This document shows, in pieces, positions 48,177-57,260 of a stretch of DNA of 64,000 nucleotides. Every line of letters starts with the position of its first letter. Position 1 is the first letter of the stretch. The position numbers were made by a program, and so were the translations under genes. The stretch is from Podarcis filfolensis (taxonomy: Eukaryota), in NCBI GenBank assembly GCA_964270895.1, contig OZ185440.1. One strand, 5' to 3'. Under the pieces are notes generated by a model, which worked only from the letters and a program-made list of their open reading frames with translations, had not been told where the DNA came from and made no database searches.

Positions 48177-51100
48177 TTTTAATATTTTAAAAGGGCTGCC
48201 TTACAGTGAAAAAGACCAATGATTATTCTACAGTGAAATCCTGTACATGTTCACCAGTAAGCAATCCCACTGAATTCAGTGATGCTATTGGACCGTATAG
48301 TAAGGTCCGTATAGTAAAAGCTATGGTTTTCCCAGTAGTGATGTATGGAAGTGAGAGCTGGACCATAAAGAAGGCTGATCCTCGAAGAATTGATGCTTTT
48401 GAATTATGGTGCTGGAGGAGACTCTTGAGAGTCCCATGGACTGCAATAAGATCAAACCTATCCATTCTTAAGGAAATCAGCCCTGAGTGCTCACTGGAAG
48501 GACAGATCGTGAAGCTGAGGCTCCAATACTTTGGCCACCTCATGAGAAGAGAAGACTCCCTGGAAAAGACCCTGATGTTGGGAAAGATGGAGGGCACAAG
48601 GAGAAGGGGACGACAGAGGATGAGATGGTTGGATAGTGTCTTCGAAGCTACAAACATGAGTCTGACCAAACTGCGGGAGGCAGTGGAAGACAGAGAAGTG
48701 CCTGGCGTGCTCTGGTCCATGGGGTCACGAAGAGTCGGACACGACTAAACGACTAAACAACAACAATTGAACTCTAGCCTTAACCTAGAATTCAGGATAT
48801 TGTGTTATAAATGTATCATCCCTATATTAGTACACCAGAGAAAGAAAGCAGGATCAAGTAAGGTATACTATGACAAAAGTTGCTAGCAGCAGAATAGGAA
48901 AAGTAAAATGTTCCCATAAGGCTTCATAAGCAGATGAACTATACATAACATACTGCTTGGGAAAGTCAAAGATTTCTACATGAGTAAAGGGCAATTTGAG
49001 CCACACTGCTTGCCTCATACCAGTGTCATGCTCACTCTTCCAACCTGGCCCTCCAACCTCTGTATGTGGAGCACAAAGATCCCAGCTTCTCAACATAACT
49101 GAGGCAGCCCGACACAATGCCTTGATCCAGGCAAGCAATTATATTTAAGATCATTTTTTGTTATTTTTACTGTTATTTTAATATGTTTGTTTTTTAACGT
49201 TGTATGATATTTAAATCTTATTTTTGGCACAGTTGTCAGAGGGGTAGCCATATTAGTCTTTTTTGTTTTTAGTCAAAAGCATCTTGGGGCACTCTGAAGA
49301 ACAAGATGGTAAAAACTTCACTAGAGTCATGAAGTGTTATCTTCAATTAGCAAGAATACATATGCATGGTTTTAGGGTGTGTGTGGGATGTAGTCGGTGT
49401 GGTCAGAGGAAAAGGAAATAGTACAAAAAACTAGACTGTGACAATAAGTAAAGATTAAATGTATGTAAAATAAGCACAGTGACCAGACCCAAAGCAGTGT
49501 TGATGGTAACACAAACATCCTGCCATTGCTAGCTAATTAACACCTGCAGTGGGATTAAAAAAACTTGTTATCTCTGTTCAGCTGATAGAATTGAACTTGT
49601 CCATAAGTTGTGATTTCATTCTTCTTTCAAGAATTCTCACTTTAAGGTCACCAACAGAGTGTCCTGGGAGGCTGAAATGTTCTCCAACTGGGTTTTGTTA
49701 GTTGCTTTTATAAGATTGTTTTAGCACTAAAGAAAGGGAGAGGAATGGTGCTAAGTAGATCTTTCTGTCAGCATTTCTGCGTGTCTGACAGAAGGATCTC
49801 CAATCCCACCCAATTGCTTTGGGGGTTCTCCCAACCCTCTATAGTGAATTTGGGGGAGGCACAGAGTTTGTGCAGCAGGGAGGGGAAGGGAGGGGGGAAA
49901 GCCATGTTGTATAAGCAGGAATGGGTTAGTTCAATCCAGCCCAATGATACAAATGCTAACAACTCAATCCTGTCATAACATTTCTAGTCCTATTCCTCTG
50001 TCATATATTTCTATTGCTGGTAAGTGGCGTCACAATTTCTCCACTCAGCCAAAGGGAAACCATATAACTGTGCATTAATACATTTGTGCAAGCACTCTTG
50101 CAAACATTTAACACCAAGCAAGATTCAGTGTACATATTACTTGTTGGATCAGAACCTACCAGCATAAACTAGATGCATATCAGGACATGGGCACTATCTA
50201 GTTCAACTGAATTACTTTCACTTGGATATCAATTTTACCTGGGAAATCAGCCATATGACCAGGGCTATGCTAGGTTCTAGGTGTGCAGACCTCATTCATA
50301 TATTATGCCCTCGTGAACAGCTGCTACTGGTGCGTCTGGTGGGGATGGAGGTATTAAGGTTCTCTCTAGCTTCAACTCTTCATCACACATTTGGGGAGCT
50401 ATCAGAAAAAGTACTGACTGATCTGCCACGTAACAATATCTAACTACTGCACTTTGGCTTTCTTTCTGTTAAAGCCATTTGAATGGGTACTTATGGAAAG
50501 TAATACATCATGTTCATTGCTACTGAAATCCATGATTCATTATGGCTTAACACAACAAACCTCTCTCTAGTTTGAGATCTTGAGAGTTCAAGGACTTGGA
50601 ATGAGGGCATTACAATTTCTAACTCTGTTCCAGTCTGGACACTCAACTCTATATTTAGCACCATTTCTTCTACACTTTACCCATTAGCCCAATAAGATAT
50701 GTGACTGAATTCTCAGTGTTTCCCTTAAATGAAGCGGTGGGGTGAGGTGAGGCTCTTAGTAAGACCAAGGAAGCAGCACAGGAGGTGGGGGCATTTAACC
50801 ATTTCATCATGCACTCTTCCCCCCCCAGCACTACTATTTGCAACATGGGGGGTGGGGATACAGTCATCATGCAGGTGTCTGCATTACAAATGCAGAGCAA
50901 ATGGTAACCTGAGCGTGATGATGGGGGGCGGGGAAGCAGACAAGAAAAGGGTTACATGTTATTAGCACTCACACTGCTCCCAGTGACAGATCTCCCTGTG
51001 CAATGTGTACTTTGGCCCACAGTTGCAGAGAGAGAAAGTGAGAAACCAACATTTATCAACTCTGTTATGCTGCAAATTCCAGAAGAAAACTGACTCAAGC

Positions 51101-54100
51101 AAAGTAAAAAACAAAAAACAAAAAACCCCACACAACTCCCAACCTTTAGTTTAGTTTTACTCATTTTTCATGTTCCTTCCCGCTATCAATCTACCGCACC
51201 TTGATTAACAGTAAAACTTAAAGTAGACGAAGGCAATGCATAACATGACAGAAGTTGTGCCTCTTCTTACAAGTCCCTTCTGGATGGTCAAGGAAAGCAA
51301 GCATATACCGGCCATGGGATTTTTGTTCAAGGCCATAAAGCTAGAAGAAGGTATGCTACTAAGTAAAAAGAAAATGCTTTAAGTAAATTTAATACTTTTA
51401 TTTATTAGCTTGCCTAACACCTAAAGGTGCATTTTTGTGATTTTTCATTAGAAAGGATAGCAACATGTCACTTTCTTCTTTGACCGCCTTCCCCAGAATG
51501 ACACAATTGTATTGCAATATATCCTTGGTGCACTTTGCACAACACCACCTTTACTCAAAGGTAAGTCTCTTTGAGAATTGCAATCAAAACATTCCTTAGT
51601 CTCCACAATGTATTTAGCAGGCCTGACGGCATGAATTGTTTAATCACAGATTAAGAATGGGAATATTTAAAATCAGAGTTGTCCCACAGGAGATGCTGTT
51701 CAGGGCTAATTAACCATATATATTGCCTACTTCAAGCAAAACAATTTTATTTTCATGTTGCTAAAGAATTTAACAGCATCACATACTTTTTTAAAAAAAA
51801 TGCTAAAAGGATTATCCACATTGCAGTATAGTAATATCATTATTAGTGTTCCATCGTAAGTAAAGATAGAATTATTATGTGCAAAACCATCAAGCAATTA
51901 AAGCTGTAATCCTGTGCACAAATAATTTGGAGTAAGCCCTATTGAGGTTTACTTCTGAGTAAACATGTTTAGGATCGAGCTGGAAGCTTAAGTGCAAATA
52001 CACAAAACTAGGCTCTGTTAAAAATCAGCAGGAGTTCTTGGAAAGTTAAAGTGAATATGATGGCAAAACCATTGTAACAAAAGCTTTCAATCATGGACAG
52101 TTCCCTTTTTCTGAATATCTTTTTAGATTTTTAATCAAGTTGAGATTCCTAAATAGCATGAGTAGCTTAATTTTACTGGTCAACAGTAGCTGCCATAGTA
52201 TAAAACAGTCCAATTGAATCTTATGCAGGGGTTCAGGTCCGTGCATATGCAAAAATGTGTATACTCAACCCCTCACCCTGGAACCATCTCTGTGTGAGCA
52301 TCCCTAGCTCTTTTCATGCCAGGAAAACCCACCATGAAAAGAGCTTTTAACTCTCTGCCTTGCTTGCATTTAACTTGCTGGTTTTCAACGAGTCGGCCTG
52401 TAGCTTGTTTGGAGTTGTTGGACCATACTAGGTCTCTTTTCCCTCAATGATCATCAGAAAACCCTGCAGATGAGTTCATTCTTAGGTCCTTCGGCTCAGG
52501 GCCTGTCAGGAAACCTAGATGGATTTCCTCAGGCACAGCAACAAGTGAAAGGTCAGGAATCAAAGCTTTGAACAACACATAGTGTGGTTAACAAGGGTGG
52601 CAGTGCTACCTGGTTCTGGATCCTCCAAGATGAAAGCTAGGTCATCCCCCCCCCCATTCAGATTGAAGTTAGTTTTTTGGGGGGGTGGGGAGACACATCA
52701 GAACACAGTATTTCACAAAAAGCAACAGGAGAAGCACGATAATATGGGTTGTGTACACCACTTCTCAAACCAGTAGTGGGAGTACACTGGATTTAGAGTC
52801 AGCAGGGAGCAGGGGGTTGTACACAGCCAAAGCCTTCCTCTCCTCTTGCATTTGACCAAGGCCAGTGTGATAGTAAACACTATGGGTGTTACTAAATTAA
52901 ATACCGTATTTTTCGCACCATAGGACGCACTTTTTCCCCTCCAAAAATGAAGGGGAAATGTGTGTGCGTCCTATGGTGCGAATGCAGGCTTTCGCTGAAG
53001 CCTGGAGAGTGAGAGAGGTCGGTGCGCACCGACCCCTCACGCTCTCCAGGCTTCGCACACCTCTCTGCAAGCAGCGGGAGCCCAGCGCTGGGCTCCCGCT
53101 GCTTGCGGAGAGTTGCCAGCATGCCGAAGCCTGCGCGCGCTGAGATCAGCACGCCCAGGCTTCGCGGACCTCTCCGCAAACAGCGGGAGCGCTCCCGCTG
53201 CTTGCGGAGAGTTGCCAGCATGCCGAAGCCTGCGCGCGCTGAGATCAGCGCGCCCAGGCTTCGCGGACCTCTCCGCAAACAGCGGGAGCGGTCCCGCTGC
53301 TTGCGGAGAGTTGCCAGCATGCCGAAGCCTGCGCGCGCTGAGATCAGCGCGCCCAGGCTTCGCGGACCTCTCCGCAAACAGCGGGAGCGGTCCCGCTGCT
53401 TGCGGAGAGTTGCCAGCATGCCGAAGCCTGCGCGCGCTGAGATCAGCGCGCCCAGGCTTCGCGGACCTCTCCGCAAACAGCGGGAGCGCTCCCGCTGCTT
53501 GCGGAGAGTTGCCAGCATGCCGAAGCCTGCGCGCGCTGAGATCAGCGCGCCCAGGCTTCGCGGACCTCTCCGCAAACAGCGGGAGCGGTCCCGCTGCTTG
53601 CGGAGAGTTGCCAGCATGCCGAAGCCTGCGCGCGCTGAGATCAGCGCGCCCAGGCTTCGCGGACCTCTCCGCAAACAGCGGGAGCGCTCCCGCTGCTTGC
53701 GGAGAGTTGCCAGCATGCCGAAGCCTGCGCGCGCTGAGATCAGCGCGCCCAGGCTTCGCGGACCTCTCCGCAAACAGCGGGAGCGCTCCCAGGGCTTGCA
53801 GAGAGCTGCCTGTTTGGGGGCTGGGGTCGGGGGAAGCTCGAGCTTCCCCCGCCCCAGCCCCGCGCCTGGGGGGGAAATAATTTTTCCCCTTTATTTCCCC
53901 CCCAAAAAACTGGGTGCGCCCTATGGTCCGGTGCGCCCTATGGTGCGAAAAATACGGTAGTTGTGCAGACACAACAATCAATACTAGCGCAAAAGAGTTT
54001 TCCTTCATGCACCCTGCAACATTCCCAAATCTGCTCTGGAGGACTGGGGGAACCCTCAGAACAGATTTAGGGGGTATGTAGTGGGAGGAGAGGGAGAGAA

Positions 54101-56044
54101 TGTTCTGTTGCGATTTCAACTGAATATAATCCTGTATTTGTAGGATTGGATTCTAAAATGCTTTGAGCTGTAACCTACATTTTCCTTTGCCCACAGCAAA
54201 GACTAAGAAAAAGCACAGTCTCTGCAAGCATCTGTCAAAAGTGGGTAACATCTCAGGTCTGTCATCTGCACTCTTTCCAAACATTCAGGAGTTAGGGTGG
54301 ATTAAGGACCATGGAAGCAAGCAAACAATTTGACTTTACTGACGGAAGAATCAGTCTCTAGCTTGGGCATGACCCACTGTACAACTCCTAGTGTGTGCAT
54401 GCATGTGTGAATATATACATATAATGAACTTAAAATGATACCACAAATCTATTCTTAATGTTGAATTCAGAGCAGAATACATACAAACTATAAAATTACT
54501 TTTTAAAAAACCTTACAGAATTAATTAACATAGTAAGTATTTAACAACTCACGATGTTCCTGGACTTGCTGTTGGCGGAGGACCTAGAAAAATGAGAATT
54601 TTTTTTTAAAAAAAGAAGAAGAGGAGGAGTTAGTTTTTACTAAGTTTACAGCAGGGATTTTTTTGTTTTTGCTTAAGTCAATTTTAATTTTATTTTATTG
54701 TTCCAAATTTCTAATATAAGATTCAAAGCTATTGCTATGTATTTCTCTGCTATCAATAGGTATACATTTTGCTCTTACATCACTTAATATTTTAATGAGT
54801 GTATTCTATAAACAATGACAGACAGTGTGTGTTTGTGTGTGTGTTTAGTACAGTTCGGCTTTCACTCTGCTCAGTATTGTAACCCCAGCATATGATATGA
54901 AGGCACATGAGGCCACTACCTTGCTGAAGCTAAACAGATTTGGGTCTGCTCAATGCCTGAATGGGTGATTGTCTGGGAACCATATGTAAGGCCAGCTTGG
55001 ATTCCATGGTGGAAGAAAGGCAAGATATATAACAACAACAATAACAGATTACATGTTCTCATGCCTACTGGCCAGCAGTGTTAGGGGAAAAACAAAATGT
55101 GATGTTAAATGCATGCAAAAAGTTTAAGGGCACATTTTGAAATTACTATTTAAATCTAGTCTGCAGAGATTGGGGCCTCAAAGCAGCATCAGGATGGACG
55201 TATCCTGCGATTTAATTCTTTTGCTGCATTTTGCATTTAGCCATGGGAGAAAAGCTTCCATTGGCACTAACAGCATCACATGTGGGAAATGTTTTCCCCG
55301 CCCAAGCAGGACAGCAAGAAGAGAAAACATTAAATCCCTGCACACCAATATCTCAATCGCTACTCTAGCCTGCGTGGCTGATATTTAAGTAATAAAAAAT
55401 GCTTACACATTTAATATAACATGTAGTTTGGCTCTTAGCTGCGCCTGCCTCCAACACTGTTTGTTTAACAAGCTGTTTATAATGTAACAATATCACAAGA
55501 TTCTCCATTGCAACGACTTGTATTAACATCAATCAGATTGCAATGGCTTGTATTAACATCAATCAGATGTAATCTGAAAAGTAAATAATTGAATAAAGTG
55601 ATAAATCTGCTTGCTTTGTTATTCTGAATATGCAGTTTTGTTCAGCTATGTCCTGTGTTAACTTGGTTGGGCATGATGGGGAAACATTTATATTTGCCTC
55701 CATTTTACCCAACTTTCCTTGAAAGAGGAACTTTTCCAGCAAGAGGGACTTCTTACCGAATTTCACAAACAGTACCCCAGTGGTAGAAACGGTTTTCTTG
55801 CCATTTGTTGCCACACACTGAAAGTAGCCGGTGTCTGTGGTATCAAGGTTTCTTATTCGTAATCGAGAGCCATAGTTGGTCGCACGGAAAGATATCCTTC
55901 TGGGTTCCTGTACGACGGGAGCATCATTTTTCAACCAACGCACAGTTGGAGGAGGATTCCCAGAAACCCTACAGTGCAGTTCTGCCGTCTGGCCTAAGGT
56001 AGTGGTGATATTGTTCATGGGCTCATCAAGCTTCAAGAAATAAT
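21948..56044 (-). CDS. ROR1: ROR1 receptor tyrosine (pseudo)kinase, span of coding exons 3-9 (5'-incomplete; exons 1-2 not found in window)
   Basis: Exons 55757-56044, 54553-54583, 33150-33277, 31321-31638, 29987-30232, 24780-24991 and 21948-23372 join in frame with AG/GT boundaries. Sizes 288/31/128/318/246/212 match the human ROR1 exon sizes as I recall them. Domain order is Ig-CRD-kringle-TM-kinase-Ser/Thr-Pro-Ser/Thr. Confidence 0.97.
24780..24991 (-). CDS. ROR1: ROR1 exon 8 (transmembrane helix and juxtamembrane)
   Basis: gaattag|ACACAAAAGAC...CCAAAG|gtattg, 212 nt. Encodes [41 protein letters not shown]...MLNAYKPK. Confidence 0.97.
26351..26406. repeat. (AG)n-rich microsatellite
   Basis: Read directly. 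Confidence 0.9.
26690..26755 (-). mobile_element. BovB/RTE 3' terminus, extremely 5'-truncated
   Basis: The reverse complement ggagtgcctggcgtgctctggtccatgtggtcacgaagagtcggacacgactaaacaacagc is nearly identical to the 3' end of the BovB copy at 48700-48766. Confidence 0.85.
29987..30232 (-). CDS. ROR1: ROR1 exon 7 (kringle domain)
   Basis: tttacag|ATCACAAATG...GCCTGTG|gtaagt, 246 nt. Encodes [14 protein letters not shown]...[31 protein letters not shown]. Confidence 0.97.
30880..31097. mobile_element. Tc1/mariner (Tigger-like) MITE
   Basis: TIR CAGTGGTACCTCGGGTTA versus CAGTGGTACCTCAGGTTA, flanked by TA on both sides. Confidence 0.92.
31321..31638 (-). CDS. ROR1: ROR1 exon 6 (CRD)
   Basis: tacag|CTGCCTTC...AACAAGA|gtgagt, 318 nt. 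Encodes [32 protein letters not shown]...[15 protein letters not shown]. Confidence 0.97.
31724..32166. mobile_element. hAT-like MITE with GC-rich interior
   Basis: TIR TAGGGGTAAGCAAACT versus CATGGGTAGGCAAACT. Flanking gcctaac occurs on both sides as a degenerate TSD. Confidence 0.8.
33150..33277 (-). CDS. ROR1: ROR1 exon 5 (start of Frizzled-like CRD)
   Basis: ttttag|TGATGAATATG...ATTACTG|gtatgt, 128 nt. Encodes [42 protein letters not shown]. Confidence 0.97.
34776..34812. repeat. (AAAC)n microsatellite
   Basis: Read directly. Confidence 0.9.
35255..35320 (+). mobile_element. CR1 LINE 3' terminus fragment
   Basis: ttcctgcattgcagggggttggactagatgac...ccctccaa. Confidence 0.65.
36114..36155 (+). 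mobile_element. tRNA-Lys-like 5' half (truncated SINE head or tRNA pseudogene), not a functional tRNA
   Basis: gggatagctcagtcggtacagcatgaggctcttaatctca resembles the tRNA-Lys D-arm and anticodon arm. The T-arm/B-box is absent. Confidence 0.6.
36317..36524. mobile_element. hAT-like MITE
   Basis: Ends CAGGGCCGGC and GGCAACCCTG, with a perfect 8-bp TSD tgggcagt on both sides. Confidence 0.85.
41824..42569 (-). mobile_element. Tc1-family DNA transposon, left end plus truncated transposase pseudogene
   Basis: Terminus TA|CAGCCATGGGAAAATAAAGTGCACCC, with an inner direct repeat AAAAACTAAGTACACTC at about 42358-42375 (IR/DR layout). ORF 41831-42112 encodes [30 protein letters not shown]...[22 protein letters not shown], the Tc1 paired-like HTH and RRKP motifs. 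The DDE domain is missing. Confidence 0.92.
48142..48176. repeat. (ATC)n microsatellite
   Basis: Read directly. Confidence 0.9.
48300..48766 (+). mobile_element. BovB (RTE-clade) LINE, 5'-truncated 3' fragment
   Basis: Encodes [46 protein letters not shown]...[33 protein letters not shown], followed by a cacgactaaacgactaaacaacaacaa tail. Confidence 0.95.
52904..53957. mobile_element. Tc1/mariner (pogo/Tigger-like) MITE carrying an internal minisatellite
   Basis: Perfect 20-bp TIR CCGTATTTTTCGCACCATAG versus CTATGGTGCGAAAAATACGG, with TA on both flanks and subterminal GTGCGYCCTATGG repeats. Confidence 0.93.
53101..53800. repeat. GC-rich minisatellite, 7 near-identical copies of a 99-bp unit
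   Basis: Unit gcttgcggagagttgccagc...cagcgggagcgctcccgct starts at 53101, 53200, 53299, 53398, 53497, 53596 and 53695, and has 13 CpGs per unit. Confidence 0.97.
54553..54583 (-). CDS. ROR1: ROR1 exon 4 (31-nt micro-exon, Ig-CRD linker)
   Basis: ttctcatttttctag|GTCCTCCGCCAACAGCAAGTCCAGGAACATC|gtgagt. Encodes (G)PPPTASPGT(S) and bridges the exon 3 and exon 5 phases. Absent from the ORF track. Confidence 0.95.
55757..56044 (-). CDS. ROR1: ROR1 exon 3 (Ig-like domain)
   Basis: tgacag|ATTATTTC...AAATTCG|gtaag, 288 nt. Encodes [36 protein letters not shown]...[26 protein letters not shown]. Confidence 0.97.
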
Positions 56045-56879
56045 CTGTCAAATACACAAGGAAGAGGATTTAGACAAAACAACTGCTCACTTGGCCACAG
56101 TTTTAAACAAATCAGTTTCTTCCACCCAAGAAATTCCTATTCAAACATAAATAATGTATTCTAGCATATCAACTATGAATGAATCTCTTTCTCCTATCAA
56201 GAAAGATTAATGGATGTATATCTATTGCTACATACAACACATACTAATATGTAAAGTAGTATAAGGGAAAGTGTCACAAATAATCTACTGAAGATGCTGT
56301 CTTACATTTAGATGTATACTCATAAAGCTGACTGTTGGAAGATCTGTTCTGTCTCTTTCACATTCCAAATGTGCTTGTGGTTATGTTATTTAGATAATAT
56401 AGATAACGGCTCTGCATTGCCTTATATAATATTTAGCTACTTCTGTCACTGTTCACCCAGCACACTTATTTCATTTTATTGCTATATGATTATTATCAGA
56501 TTTCTGAAAGTGGAAACAATTTGAAATAATTTGAAACTTACATTTGGTACCAAAGCTAAGCTTTTCTTCAGTAAGTTTAACAACCAACATATTGAGTATG
56601 CATTTATATCTATCTGTATTTTGGACATAAAATATTGTGTGAATTGTCTTCTTAGTCCAGCAGTTGAGTTTCAGGTGAAGGCAACTACCTAATTTGAAAA
56701 ATTAATTGTCTTTTTTTTGGTAGCTTTTTATACATACCCACCCTGTTTTATCTTTGTTATGGTAGCTTTATTTATCCAAGCAATGTTGTTGAAAAGGTAA
56801 GCTGCCTATGGGAAGCCACAACTAAGTTTTCTAGACCAGATAAACCCAACTCTCTAGCAAGTTATACTAGCTTGACCTA

Positions 56880-57260
56880 GGGATGCGGGTAGTGCTGTGG
56901 TCTAAGCCACTGAGCCTCTTGGGCTTGCCGATTGGAAGGTTAGCATTCAAATCCGCATGACGGGGTGAGCTCCCATGCTCTGTCCCAGCTTCTCCCAACC
57001 TAGAAGTTTGAAAGCATACAAGTGCAAGTAGATAAATGGGTGCCACTGTGGCAGGAAGGTAAATGGTGTTTCCATGTGCTCTGGCACTTGTCATGGTCCT
57101 CTGTTTGCCAGTAGCGGTTGGTCGTGCTGGCCATGTGACCCAGAAAGCTGCCTGTGGACAAATGCTGGCTCCCTCATCCTGAAAAGCGGGGTGAGTGCCG
57201 CACCCCATGGTCACCTGTGACTGGACTTAACCGTCCAAGGGTCCTTTACTTTTTTTACCT
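56880..57260 (+). mobile_element. Sauria SINE, near full length
   Basis: tRNA-related head gggatgcgggtagtgctgtggtctaagccactgagcc, core aagtgcaagtagataaatgggt...ggaaggtaaa, and a 3' cctttac tail. Confidence 0.92.

Noticed and set aside
48223-48720. 165-aa minus-strand ORF
   Set aside because: Antisense frame of the BovB fragment.
53101-53800. CRISPR-like array
   Set aside because: The units are contiguous and near-identical with no unique spacers, there are no cas genes, and the context is eukaryotic.
52892-54119. Long ORFs of 255-360 aa in several frames
   Set aside because: They are by-products of a stop-poor GC-rich 99-bp (33-codon) repeat, open on both strands, with low-complexity translations.
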